From: Camelus dromedarius
Lineage: Eukaryota
Direction: 5' to 3'
Length of the DNA: 64,000 bases
NCBI RefSeq assembly: GCF_036321535.1
Contig: NC_087437.1
Location: forward strand, 61,630,001 to 61,694,000
Of the stretch, positions 1-12,923 are shown piece by piece. How positions within the stretch are numbered: the stretch's first letter is position 1; each line of letters opens with the position of its first letter. The notes beneath the pieces were generated by a model. It did not search any database. It was not told the DNA's origin and was given only the letters and a program-made list of their open reading frames with translations. The position numbers were made by a program, and so were the translations under genes.

Positions 1-841
1 CCCTGTGTATTGCCTGTGTTTTGAGTTCTTTTTTTGATTGGTTTGTGGGTTTTGATTTCTGTTTTACATGTTGGAGGCTTTTCTAAATGCCCATGGGTTG
101 TATACTGTCTGTATAGAGCTGATTAGATGTTCTAAGAATACTGGGGAGGAATTGTATAATGGTAATTAAACAGCAAGCTAGGTATTTTATTAGGGGAAAC
201 TCCATATCAGTATCTAAAGGCCTTCTATATGGGGCTGTGTAGTTTCTCCAAAGAAAGGTGTTTTCTTTCTTCTACATTGCTGTACATATGCCTAACTACG
301 GCCATTTTAGAATTGGGAGTAGGGTAAGGCTGGGTAGGAAGTGCTAAGATCTTGCCATTGTGCATAGACTTTCACTTAAAGCCTCCTCTTTCAGTAATCC
401 TGTCTTTCCATTGTGCCTGGTCCCTGAATTCAGAGCCTTTCAATTCAATTTCACTAGAGGATAACTTGTTGACTCCTGTGGTGACCAGAGATGGATAACG
501 TCCTAGCTGCATGAGTTGGGATTGGAGACCTGGGCATCTAACTTGTCCTTTATATAGATTATCATCTAATCTTCTTGTTATTCCCACCTTTCTGTGGTAT
601 CAGGCCTAGTTTCTGAGACCTTCTATTCTATAAGGGGTCAGGTAATGTGCTTCTTAATAGTATTCCTGTCTGTAAGCACCTAGGTTTCATTTTACGCCAC
701 TTTGCTGTATCAGTTCATCACTAAGAAAGAATGGAAGTAAATACTTATGTTAAATCCATTGTATTTAGCTAGAAGCTCCTGTGAAAATTGTCTAGTTTTG
801 AAATGTCATTAATTGTTCATTTCCATCTCATCGCCCTGCAG

Positions 842-978
842 AGCTAGCAGAGTTGCCTTTGATACGGTTAGACTTTTCCTGCAATAAAATTACAACAATT
901 CCTGTTTGTTACCGGAATCTCAGGCACCTACAGATGATCATCCTAGATAATAATCCACTACAGTCTCCTCCTGCACAG
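842..978 (+). CDS. LRCH3: LRCH3 internal exon (LRR region)
   Basis: ctgcag/…/gtaaac. 137 nt, phase 1-0. Encodes (E)LAELPLIRLDFSCNKITTIPVCYRNLRHLQMIILDNNPLQSPPAQ with LRR pattern. Upstream exons lie outside the window. Confidence 0.95.
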
Positions 979-1097
979 GTAAACCATAGTTTATTTGAAT
1001 ATGTTACGCACTTTTTCAACAAAGGATGAAGTTTAAAACTTAAGTTATATGCATTTATCTTTTTATTAGAAATTAAGTTCTTTTAAAATAAATTCAT

Positions 1098-1824
1098 GTA
1101 AATTGGTGCAGCCATTATGGAAAACAGTATGGAGATTTATTAGAAAACTAAGAATAGACTTACCATATTATCCAGCAATCCCACTTCTGGGCATATATCC
1201 AGAGGGAACTCTAATTCGAAAAGATACATGCACCCCAGGGTTCATAGCAGCAATGTTTTCAATAGCCAAGACATGGAAACAACCTAAATGTCCATCAACA
1301 GATGACTGGGTAAAGAAGTTGTGCTATATTTATACAATAGAATACTACTCAACCATAAAGAATAATAAAATAATGCCATTTGCTGCAACATGGATGGACC
1401 TGGAGATTGTCATTGTAAGTGAAGAAAGCCAGAAAGAGAAAGAAAAATACCATATGATATCACTTATATGTGAAATCTAAAAAAAAGACACAAATGAACT
1501 TATTTACAAAACAGAAACAGATTCACTGACAAAGAAAACAAACTTAATGGGTACCAGAGTGGAAAGGGAGTGTGAAGGGATAAATTGGGAGTTCGAGATT
1601 GGCAGATGCTAACTACTATAAATAAAATAGATAAACAAGTTTATACTGTATAGCACAGGGAAATATATTCAATATCTTGTAGAGACCTATAATGAAAAAG
1701 AGTATGAAAAGGAATACATGTATGTACATGTACACCAGAAATTGACACAACATTGTAAACTGACTATACTTCATAAAAAAAAAAAGAAATTGGCAAATAG
1801 TGAAAAAAAAAAATAAATGAAATC
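1098..1824 (+). mobile_element. Young 5'-truncated LINE-1 (ORF2 C-terminus, 3'UTR, A-tail)
   Basis: Open frame 1103-1480 (VQPLWKTVWRF…) is the L1 ORF2 end. TSD aataaattcat at 1087-1097 and 1825-1835, at a tttt/aaaa endonuclease site. Confidence 0.92.
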
Positions 1825-2883
1825 AATAAATTCATACCCAAATGTATTCTTTGGAAGCCTTGAATAAATTGGATGGAAGATAGGTAATGTTTTCAACAGT
1901 GTTTTTCCTTTTACTAAGTTGACTTTTTAAAAATTTGAATTATTCTTCCTTAAATTTTTTTTCTAATAAAATTTGAGTTATTTCTTTCTACTAAACTTTA
2001 AACGTAGACAATGTAAATGCTAAAGACAAATAAAAATACTCAACTTCCAGACTAAAGATATCTGTGCATTTCCTTTGACCATTGTTTTTTACCTTCCTAT
2101 TTTCTAAAATCTTAAGTTCCTCATTTAGTCAGTTTTGTCCTTTGTTTGTCAGTGACTAAAATGAAACTATTTAATAATAAAGTTATTATGAGTTACCTTA
2201 ACATGTAGATTCTAGACATTTTCAATCTAAAAAGTTTTTACTGGCCCATATTTTTCACTGGCTTTTCTTACTCTGCAATCGATTGATGGTCTTGTGTAAG
2301 TGTCTTTATGGCAACTGTAAAACTTTGAGTAAACTTCATAATTATAGAAAGGTCTCATAATCCTAAAGAATTTATGTATTGACTTGTGGGACAGAAGTCA
2401 GTAGGTAGCAACAGAAGTATATATAACTTTAATACTTAATCATTTCCTGCTTTTCTCTCTTACAGGAAGTAGAATTGAAAACATAATTGTGCATTATTGT
2501 TGGATTCCTAAAAACAAAAGTTGCCAATACAATCCATGGGGAGCAATGCTTTAAATCCCTGACTATGCCTAACTAATTAGTATAAGTTTACTTGGTATTC
2601 TAAGTGTTTGTAATCATAAATTATTTGTTTTATATGTTACTGAAACTTAATAGTGACTAGAAAACACAAACCTATATTTATATCACTTAAGCACCTAAAA
2701 TAACAAATGATATAATTTGTTATAATGGGTAGATTTTTAGCATTACTGTATATACTTGATAGAAATGCCTTCTGTTTCCAATAAACATTAAGTAAAAAGC
2801 TGACTATGATTAAAAGGGAAGGGTGACACATATATTTCAGATGAGTAAATAATTTGGTTATATTTATGTGTTACTTTATTTAG

Positions 2884-2993
2884 ATATGTATAAAAGGCAA
2901 AATCCACATATTTAAATACCTGAACATCCAGGCTTGTAAGATTGCTCCAGATCTGCCAGATTATGATAGGAGACCCATAGGATTTGGCTCCTG
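2884..2993 (+). CDS. LRCH3: LRCH3 internal exon (LRR C-cap)
   Basis: tttag/…/gtgagt. 110 nt. ICIKGKIHIFKYLNIQACKIAPDLPDYDRRPIGFGS, in frame with its neighbours. Confidence 0.95.
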
Positions 2994-3171
2994 GTGAGTA
3001 TGTTATATTCTTTTATCTGTCATATTCTATTTTATGGAGAATCAGATAAACTGGACCTTTAAATCTGCCTGTTTGACTGAGGGGAAATAGCTTATTAACA
3101 TGATTTTTCTCAGAATGCTTATATTAAGTAAAAAGTTAATTACATAGACATGACAAAGTATAGTTCTAAGT

Positions 3172-3361
3172 TAGAGTTTCTCCACCTCAGCACTTTTGAT
3201 ATTTTGAGCCAGATAATTATTTGTGGTGAGGAGCTGTCTTGTACATTGGAAGGTGTTTAACAGCATCCCTGGCTTCTGTAGCACCCTGCCAAAGTGACAA
3301 GCCAAAGTGTTTCCATTCATTGTCAGATATCCTCCAGGGGGTCCACAGTTGAAAACTACTG
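3172..3361. mobile_element. MER20-like hAT-Charlie fossil
   Basis: gtttctccacctcagcact…gccagataatt…ttgaaaactactg resembles the MER20 consensus as recalled. Confidence 0.7.
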
Positions 3362-4159
3362 GTCTAAGTGACTTGAATACTAACCTTGGCTCTGCTGTGT
3401 AACTTAAGACAAGTCACACACACTTTTTGGCCTTCATTTTTCCAGAGGGATTAAAGAGGTTGGATTTGATGACCATTAATGTCACTTCAGGATCTTTTAG
3501 TTTGTGAATCTTTCAACTGCATAGCACCCTTACTTTTATGAAGTCATTTTCTTGGCATTCCCAACCATTGGAACAATCTTAAGTATCAGGAATTAAATTC
3601 AAAAGGCCTTCAAACAAGAAAATAGATGTCTCAGTGAAGGTGCAGTAATACTCAAAGACTTTACTCAAAAAAGAACCCTTCAGGCCTTCTCTTAGAACCT
3701 GTCACATTTTATGTAAAAGCACAGTTTTAATCCTCTCAGTGTCTTAGTCTAAAACAGGTTAACAAATTTCTGTTTCCATAGAGTGTGTAAAAGCAGAAGT
3801 TAAAATTACAAAAATAATTTGAAGGAAAAAATAAAATTATAAAAACCAGATGCATATTAAAAATTCAGATTAGTGGTAAACTGAGGGAGGAAGATTCCTT
3901 GTGAAAGAGGCATAAAGGGGTTTTAAAGGTATTCATAATGTCTTATGTCTTAAAAGCTGTCAGTTATAGATATTCTTTTATATCTACATGGTATATTTCA
4001 TAATTTTAATAAGATATTTAAAAACAATGAAGCTCTAAAAACAGCAGTTTGCCACCATTAGGCATATATGCAAAGAACTCTTCATGTATTGGTAATATTT
4101 TAAGTTATTACTAAATTTTAGCAGAGTACAGTAATTGGTACTCATTAAGAAAATATCAA

Positions 4160-4447
4160 TATTTACAAAACAGACATAGAAAACAAACTTATGATTAACA
4201 AACTGTTTCATGGGAGTGAGGGAGGGATAAATTAGGAGTTTGGGTTTAGCAGATACAAACTACTACATATAAAATAGATAAACAACAAGGTCCTACTACA
4301 CAGGGAACTATATTCAATATCCTGTAATAAACCATAATGGAAAAGAATATGAAAAAGAATGTATATGTGTATATATATATATAAACTGAATCACTTTGCT
4401 GTACACCAGAATCTAACAACATTGTAAATCAACTATACTTCAAAAAA
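4160..4447 (+). mobile_element. L1 3'UTR fragment
   Basis: Similar to the 3' ends of the L1s at 1.5-1.8 kb and 33.0-33.4 kb. Ends aactatacttcaaaaaa. Confidence 0.85.
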
Positions 4448-4457
4448 TTTTTTTTAA

Positions 4458-4702
4458 TATTTTTTATTGAGTTATAGTCATTTTACAATGTTGTGTCAAA
4501 TTCCAGTGTAGAGCACAATTTTTCAGTTATACATAAACATACATATATTCATTGTCACATTTTTTTTTTCACTGTGAGCTACCACAAGATCTTGTATATA
4601 TTTCCATGTGCTATACAGTATAATCTTGTTTATCTATTCTGCATATGCCTGTCAGTATCTACAAATTTTGAACTCCCAGTCTGTCCCTTCCCACCCACTC
4701 CT
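4458..4702 (-). mobile_element. L1 3' end fragment, inserted antisense into the tail of the preceding L1
   Basis: ttttttattgagttatagtc…tacaatgttg is a reverse L1 tail. Flanked by near-identical aaaaattttttt(t)aa. Confidence 0.8.
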
Positions 4703-5339
4703 AAAAATTTTTTTAAAGAAAAAAAAAAAGCTAAGATATATTAAGTTATATCACTTCCTAAAGGGAAATATGCATTATACTTTAAATTTTTTTTTATCAG
4801 AAATTATTAAAATTAAATACTTCAGTGTTTATGGTATAAAGCGGTAATCTCAAGCTATCTGAAAATTTCACTAATAAATGATTTCTCAGGTAAAATAAAT
4901 ATTACTCCACATGGGTTTGATTTTTGTCCTTTGCCACAGACCATGCCTTTTGTCTTTACCACTATAGCCCTAGCCCAGCATAGTCACTGAAGGATGTTTA
5001 AGATACCAGCTCTAATCTGGTTGTTTAAGCATGTAATAATACAGGTTTTAGTGTATTTATACAAATACACAAGGAGAAATTAACCAAAATCATACACACA
5101 CATGAAAGATTCTTACCAGGAACGTACTCAGTCCTAACACTTTTGGCTCTGAGAAGACTAAAAGCACATGTGTGAAATTAATGAGGATGTAAAAGGTTTT
5201 TGCAGATGGTAGGGATTAGGTCTTACATACTGAGTGAGAGATCTAGGACTCTCTTAGAGGAAACTCAGACCAATTAATACCAAGAATTTTTTATTTTCTC
5301 TTTTTTTCTGATTTTGCTTTATTTTATCTTTGTACACTT

Positions 5340-5480
5340 TTTAAAGGTTACTTTCCATTTACAGTTATTACAAAACATTGGCTATATTCCCTGTGTTGTA
5401 CAAAACATTTTTGAGCCTATCTTGCACCCAATAATTTGTACCCCCAACTCCCCCATCCCTGTATTGCCTCTCCCCCTATT
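5340..5480 (-). mobile_element. L1 3'UTR fragment
   Basis: ttggctatattccctgtgttgtaca motif, shared with the element at 17.6-17.85 kb. Confidence 0.65.
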
Positions 5481-7677
5481 ATCTCCTTTTTTTCATTTCT
5501 TTTTCCTTTTCCCTAGTTCATTGCTTATAAGATGGAACTCATTTCTTATTATGGAAGAAAGTTTTGTTTTTCCTATTTAAACTTTTCATTAAAAGTGTTC
5601 TACTCCTATTGCCTTAAAAAAGTTGTACAACAAATAAAAGTAGCTTTTATTTTATATATACACTAAATTATTTTCTCCCTTGGAGTTAGTAATCCTTGCA
5701 AGGGAAGAGTTTTTACCGCTACTGAAATATCAGAGTAGGAACATTAAACTGCTGCTGCTGCCTTTGAGGTTTGTGTGTAAAATGACAAATCATAATTACT
5801 GGTATGTGTATGTGAGGGTAAGCTTCCCCTAAGGAGGAAGCTTCATAACCTGTATGAACAATGAGCTTTGGTTGAGGGCTGCAGTGCTAATTGCAGAACC
5901 TACTTCTCTCTGTGGCTCTGTCCTGAGTTTTGAGGACTGATTAGTCTTGGCCTAATTTTTTTTTTAATAGCAATCTTCATTATTTTACTTAAAAAACGTT
6001 TATCAAAAAACCTGGGAAGAAACTTGTGTGTGTGTTTGCTAAGAGATACAAGAAGGCTTGAATCAATGAAGAAACCTTTCCTAAATAGGAAATCTAAATA
6101 GCATAAACATGTCATGTCTTTCCAAAGGAATTAGTAATTACGGATCTAATGTATTCCAGTCCCTATAATAGTCCTTAATTATGCTCACTAGATTAATTCT
6201 CTATATTTTCAATTTTTTCCAGAGTTGTATTACTTTATTTGTAATTGTTTCAGAATGTCCTAGAAAAATATATACATATTTACATATGTATATATTACAG
6301 AAGTATTTCCTTCAACTCCTCATGCACCAACAAATCATACTTTCATGTCTTTCTCTCTGAAGTAGATTAGTAAAATTGCATTGTAGTTAGCAGTACGTTT
6401 ATTCAAAATTTAGTCATGGGGTCAGAAGGCCTTGATTCTAGTTCTGGATTCCTGTACTATTAAGCAGTTCACTTAACCACTCTGAATCTCGGTTTCTTCA
6501 AAATGGTCTTTACCCTGTTTATACTCTCTGAGGATCAAATGACCTATGTCTGAAAGTTCTTTGCTGACCATAAAACCCTATGTGAATATTAGGCATTATA
6601 GTTACTAGCTTTCTACTGTGATCTAGAGCCAGTTTAGTCTTAAGAGTCCTGTCTTGCTAAAGAGAATTTTTATTAATTCTGTAGCTCTTCAGATATTCAG
6701 TACAAATTAGATGCTGTGGAACTTTCAGTTTTTAGATGTATCTTTCCAACTACTTTTGTGTAAGATAAAAACAACACACAATCTTTCTTAAATCATTTTA
6801 TAAAGGTCACAAATATTTTTACTCATTTCCAGACATAAATATTTTCAACTCCTTTAGTAAATTGCATTGTTGTGATAACTATTTCATTTTATACATCGGC
6901 ACATGTTTTTAATAGTGATCTAAAGTGACCTATGCTTGTTTACTGCAATGATTTTAAGCAGCTTTATTTTACAGACTAAATATATTTATTTATGATGATG
7001 TGGCAGTGAACCAAAACTAAGAAAGACTAAGCCACTGGTAAGAAAAGCCCTGCCTCTGTAACCCTACTAATGGAAATAATTCTCTACAACAAGCCTGAGC
7101 TTGTAAAAGCCATGGCCATCTTTTATTCATATTTATATTCTTAGCACTTAGAATGCTGCCTGGCATTCAGTAAATGTTTGGTGAACTAAACAAATGAAGC
7201 AGATTTAGTGACTTGTCACAACAGAAAATGCTCTTTCTTAAGGGTGCATTCTCATAGGATGATAACTAACTTTTTATTTAATACTTTGTGCCAGGCTTTG
7301 TGCAAGTCTTTGGCTTATGTTTTCTCAAGTAATGTTTATAGCAACTCTATGAAGTAGGTATTAATCTTTTTTTTTTAACTCATGAGAAAACAGAAGTTGA
7401 GAGTGGGGAAGCAAGTTAATTAGTCACATAGCTAATAAATGATGATGCCAAGTCATCAGTCCAGATCTGTAAAACTGTTTCTTAAAAAGCCGTATTTTAA
7501 GCTCATCACTGCGGTATACTGATTTACAGTTTATCTTCCTGCCACAGAGAATTCACCTAGACATTTGAATCCATGTTATGCTAGGTAGTTTATTAAAGAG
7601 ACTGGACTTTCTGATAGGACATACTGGAACCTGGCTGGCATTACTCTGCCTGGCTTCCCAAAGCCCGTAATTATAAT

Positions 7678-7784
7678 AGGGTGAACATCTGTCCTGGTTT
7701 GCCTGTGACTCGGGTTTTCTGGGACACAGGACTGTAGTACTGAAACCAGGAAAATCTTGAACAAACCTGGAGAGTTGGTAAACC
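7678..7784. mobile_element. hAT-Blackjack-like MITE (MER94/MER81-like)
   Basis: Degenerate TIRs agggtgaaca… and …tggtaaacct. Confidence 0.5.
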
Positions 7785-10539
7785 TATGTCTTACTTTAAT
7801 CTTACCAGTTTAATCTCTGAGCTGGAGCAAATATGTGGAGAAGCTAAAGGTCATTGAATAAAGAAGATAATATAATAGCTTGATGCAAAGATTCTTTTAA
7901 TTCTCTGTATATTGCCAACTTTAAAACTCTCACAGTAAAACTAGGCTTATCTTGATTGGTCACTTCATAGAAAATACATTGTATGAAACAGTATCCTCTA
8001 GAGATCTGAAATCTTTACTTGAAAACTTATATAATATTAAAAAGTATTGTTCAGTAAATCCTGAAATACACGTGTTTCTTCTAGCAACTGCAGAAAAATA
8101 TGATTTAGATATAGATTTCATTAGAAAGCTTTTAAAATTACGCCCCTTGACCTGACTTTACTGTGATAAAACACGACAGTATCTGTCCTTAAGACTCTAA
8201 AACAAGTGTAAAAGCAGACATGTCATGTAGGCAATACACATAAATCATTTTACTTAAATGCTAACAACTGGGAGATCTAAATGAAGGGCAAATGGATATT
8301 CATTGTATTACTCTCCCAACTGTTGTGTAGGTATGAATTTTTTTAAGATAAATAGTTGGGGGGAAATTAACTACTTTTAGAGAAGTAATTTAAGGATTAT
8401 ATGAAGATACTTATCTTGCTAAATGACCTTTGTGGTAGCAGGTAGAACAATGAGATAGATAGCCAGAAGTTACATATGTTTTTGGATCTTTATAATCAGA
8501 GCATATTTAACACATTGTACAAATATGTCTGTATATTACTACATACAAAGAAAGATCTTTATCAGTAAAATAAATGACAAGTTTTAAGAATTGTCTTACA
8601 TTCACAAGGTTTTTGTTTGTTTTGGTTTGTTTTTAGTTAACATAAAGCTTTCACTTTATATGAAAGATATATGAGTAAGAATGGTTAACCTCATTTTATA
8701 AAAGTTGTGAATTCTTTGAGGTAATAGTGGGTAAGTAGTAAAGCTGGTACCTTATCTGTGAAGTTCAAATGTGTTGCTCTTTCCCTGTACCTTAAGTTCT
8801 GATTCATTTTGACAGCATGATGATAACTTTTTTAAAGTTATGTATGCAAACTATCTAAGAATACATTGAATACAAAATTCAATACCAGAAGAACACTACA
8901 CATTTTTAATTTGTACCATTGAAAGTTGTTTTTCAGCCTAAGCAGGCAGGCTTATTAAATAAAATTCTAATAGACCAATTTTTAAACATAGGCTTTATCA
9001 TGTTTCAGATTTCTAATTAAGCTAACTTTTAAAAGCATGTTAAAGAACAAGCAAAAACTAAAGCTGTAAAGTTTTTAGAAGAAAATAGAGAATAATGTCT
9101 TTGTGACTTGGCATAGGCAAGGATTTCTGAGACCACAGAAAGCAATAACCATTTAAAAAAGAAATGATAAAAATAAATTTAATCAAATTTAAAACATCTA
9201 GTCATGAAACTATTAAGAAAATGAATAGGCAAACCACAGATTGGGAGAAAATATTTGCAAAACATACGTATGACAAAAGACTTGTATCTGGACTATCTAA
9301 AGAGTACCTACAACTTAATGTTGAAAAGACAAAACACAATTGAAAATGGACTAAAAACTTGAAAGGACTTTGCAAAGAAAGATTTGTAAATGACCAGTAA
9401 GCACACAAAAAAGTGTTCAACATCATAAATCATCATGGAAATGCAGGTTAAGTCACAATGAGGTATCACTGATAACACCAAATGTTAGTGAGGATGTGGA
9501 GCAACGAGTGCTCTTACATTGCTTACGTAACATGAGACATAAAAACTAAAAATGGAACATCCACTTTGGAAAAATGATTTGGCAGATTTAATAGCTTTAT
9601 TGAGATATAATTTACAAGTAATAAAATTTACCCATTTTAAGTGTGCAGTTCAGTGAGTTTTGGTAAATAGATACAGTCACAAAAATGCCTGCCTCTGCCC
9701 CAGGCAACTGCTGATCTGCTTTCTGTCAGTATTGTTTTGCCTTTTCTATAATTTCATGTAAATGAAATCATACATTATGTGATATTTTGTCTCTGACTTC
9801 TTTTACTTAGCAAAATATTTTTAAGATTATTGATGTTGCATTTTAAAATGGGCAAAAGATTTGAACCAACATTTCACAAAAGAACATAAATGAATGGCCA
9901 ATAAGCACATGAAAAGATGTTAAATATCACTAGTCATCAGAAAAATACAAATTAAAACCACAATGACATACCACTTTACACCCATCAGAATAATACAGTG
10001 TTGGCAGCTGGAGCTCCACCACTACTTTTCTGGTGGGAATACAAAACGATACAGCTACTTTTGAAAACAGACTGGCAGTTGTTTCTTTTTTAAGTCAAAC
10101 CTACATTTACCATGTAATTCTTCCACCCTACTCCAAGGTATTAAAAACATCAAGAATTTCACTGACATGATGCTGAGTGGGAAAAAAGTATGTATTATTC
10201 CGTTTTTATGTGTTCTAGAATAAGCAAAATTAATTGTATTACTTTTCTACTGTTGCCGTGACAAATTACCACAAATTTAGAGGCTTAAACAATACAAATT
10301 TATTATTTTATGCTTCTCTAGGTCAGAAGTCTAAATCTTGATCTTATTGAGCTAAAATTAAGATGCTGGCAGAGATGCATTCTTTTTTATAGGTTCTGAG
10401 TACAATGTATTTCCTTGCCTTTTTAAATTCTAGAGGCTGTCTGCATTACTTGGTTCTTGGTCTGCTTCCTCCATCTTCAAATCAACATTGCATCACACTG
10501 ACCTCCTCTTCTGTCCCCCTCTTCCACTTTTAAGAACCC

Positions 10540-10540
<1 letters not shown>

Positions 10541-10580
<40 letters not shown>
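10541..10580. repeat. (TG)20 microsatellite
   Basis: Perfect TG run. Confidence 0.97.
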
Positions 10581-10584
<4 letters not shown>

Positions 10585-10744
10585 ATGGTTTGTATTTTTT
10601 TAAACTTTTTTTAATTGAGTTATAGTCAGTTTACAATGTTTTGTCAACTTCCAGTGTAGAGCACAATTTTTCAGTTATACATGAACATACATGTATTCAT
10701 TATAGATAAACAAGATTATACTGTATAGCACAGGGAAATATATA
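10545..10744 (-). mobile_element. Short L1 3' end insertion with 5' inversion and (CA)n tail
   Basis: 14-bp TSD taagaacccttgtg at 10531-10544 and 10745-10758. Contains an antisense tail segment and a sense segment. Confidence 0.85.
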
Positions 10745-11475
10745 TAAGAACCCTTGTGATTACACTGAGCTCATTCAGATAATTCAAGATAATCTCCCTA
10801 TTTTAAGGTCCTCTGATTAGTAACCTTACTTCTGTCTGCAACCTTAATTCCCATTTGCAGTGTAAAGTAACATATTTACAACTTCCAGGGATTAGATCTT
10901 GGACATCTTTGAGAACCACTATTCTGCCTTCTAAACTAATTTCAGATGAAAAAAATTAAAATGGTGGTTGCCTCTGAGGAACACATAGTCGCAGGGTGAA
11001 GAGACTTGACTGAGAAGGAATGTGTGGGGATTTTCTGGCAAAGTATAAATGTCCTATATCATGATAGAGGTGTGTGTTACAAAGATATATTCGTTTGTCA
11101 AAATTACAACTGAGGTGTGTGTATTTCAAAGTATGTAAATTTTACCTTAAGAAAGAATACTGTTAAAAATAAAAACAATTGAGGGGGGTATGGGGAATGG
11201 CTGGAGGAGTGGATGAAATAAGAATGGTAGAATGTTGGTATTTTTGAAGCTTGGTTAATGAGTACATGGGAGTTCATTATACTATTCTATCTACTTTGTT
11301 TGAATTTGAAATTTTTCATATTAAAAAGTTAAAAGAATACTTACTTCATTCTAAATAGTTAAGAACCTAAATGCCATGAAAATGTTTATTAGTAAAATTG
11401 CATCTGATTTTTTTAATTTTTATTTTTATTTATTTTATTTAGTTCACATTAACAACTAAAGTTTCTTTTTTGCAG

Positions 11476-11569
11476 CCACGAAGAACTGTACTCAGGTCGC
11501 CCCTATGGAGCCCTTGATTCAGGTTTCAATAGTGTGGACAGTGGTGATAAGAGATGGTCAGGGAATGAA
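11476..11569 (+). CDS. LRCH3: LRCH3 internal exon
   Basis: ttgcag/…/gtaagt. 94 nt. HEELYSGRPYGALDSGFNSVDSGDKRWSGNE. Confidence 0.95.
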
Positions 11570-12294
11570 GTAAGTGGTTCTTCTATTCTGCATGTTATAA
11601 CTTCTGATTAGGAGAAAATGATGAAAATGGAAAATGTCTTAACTGAATTCAATTTCTCATTATGTAAAATATAGAAAAGCCAAGGGAAGTTTAAAAAATC
11701 CCACATAGTCCTACCATACAAAGATAGTATTATGTTTCTTTACCATCTTTGTACCATGTATGTTTTACATGTTTGTTACCTCATTGTCTCATATAAATAA
11801 TTTTGTATACTGGGAAGTCCAGTGGGAACTGAACCAATTAATGAAGCCTGAAATTTGAGAAGAGGGACTGAAAGGTGAGAAAATAGAACTACGGGCTGAT
11901 GGGTAATGAGATGGGAACCTTAGTGAAGAATCCACATGCTCAAGATAAATAACTTTCTCAGCTAATTATATCATTTTCTCTTTTGTTTAATTTTTTAGTA
12001 TTATGTTTTCTCTTTTAAAATGATTGAGGTATAGTATTTTAGCTATAAATTGGGTTAAATGATGAAGGTTTTATTAGTAAGACTGCTAACTTACCACTTA
12101 TAACATTGTTTTATTGCAGTCCAAAGAAAATTAATTTTAGACTGCAGCCCATTTATATTTGGAATTGCTTGTGTATTAATGTGTGGATGGGTATGTACAT
12201 GACTGTGGCTGTATCAAATCAGATACATATACGTCGATACATTAAATTCATTTAAGTATGTATAGAGAGAGAGAGTCATATATACCCTTCTATT

Positions 12295-12540
12295 TCTTTT
12301 TGTTGTTGTTGAAGTACAGTTAGTTACAATGTGTCAATTTCTGGTGTACAGCACAATGTCCCGGTCATGCACATACATACATATATTCGTTTTCATATTC
12401 TTTTTTGTTAAAGGTTACTATGAGATATTGAACATAGTTCTCAGTGCTACATAGAAGAAACTCTTTTTAAATCAATTTTTATATATAGTGGCTAACATTT
12501 GTAAATCTCAAACTCCCAAATTTATCCCTTCCCCCCTCTT
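12295..12540 (-). mobile_element. L1 3' end fragment
   Basis: ttgaagtacagttagttacaatgtgtcaatttctggtgtaca is the reverse of the L1 tail at ~1730-1775. Confidence 0.82.
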
Positions 12541-12802
12541 TCTGCTGTATTTCTTCTTTTTTTTAGTTATAGTAAAATACATATAATATAAAAGATACCG
12601 TTTTAGCCATTTTTAAGTGTGCAGTTCAGTGGCATTAAGTACATTCAAATTGTGGAATAATATGTTCATCTCCAGATGCATCTCTAAAACTTTTTTGCTA
12701 TTTCTTCTTAAATATAAATTCTCATGAGTTTATAGCTCTGTTTTTAAAACTATGTTGTCTAAAATTTGAAATAAAAATTTTAATGTTTCTGCTTTTTTTA
12801 AG

Positions 12803-12923
12803 CCTACAGATGAATTTTCGGATCTGCCTCTTCGAGTAGCAGAAATTACTAAAGAACAAAGACTGCGAAGAGAAAGCCAGTACCAGGAGAATCGCAGCAG
12901 TTTAGTAGTAACAAATGGTGGAG
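12803..12923 (+). CDS. LRCH3: LRCH3 internal exon
   Basis: tttaag/…/gtaaac. 121 nt. PTDEFSDLPLRVAEITKEQRLRRESQYQENRSSLVVTNGG. Confidence 0.95.

Larger units (their letters stand above)
10236..10932 (-). mobile_element. MLT1-type (ERVL-MaLR) solo LTR, interrupted by a younger insertion
   Basis: acaaattaccacaaatttag.ggcttaaacaa and ggtcagaagtct are MLT1 hallmarks. Confidence 0.75.
9050..11335 (+). mobile_element. Cluster of old L1 (L1M) fragments with nested insertions
   Basis: Decayed ORF2 3' sequence (acagattgggagaaaatatttgcaaa; atggccaataagcacatgaaaagatg) and L1M 3'UTR. Interrupted by an antisense L1 tail (~9590-9840) and an MLT1 LTR. Boundaries approximate. Confidence 0.75.
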
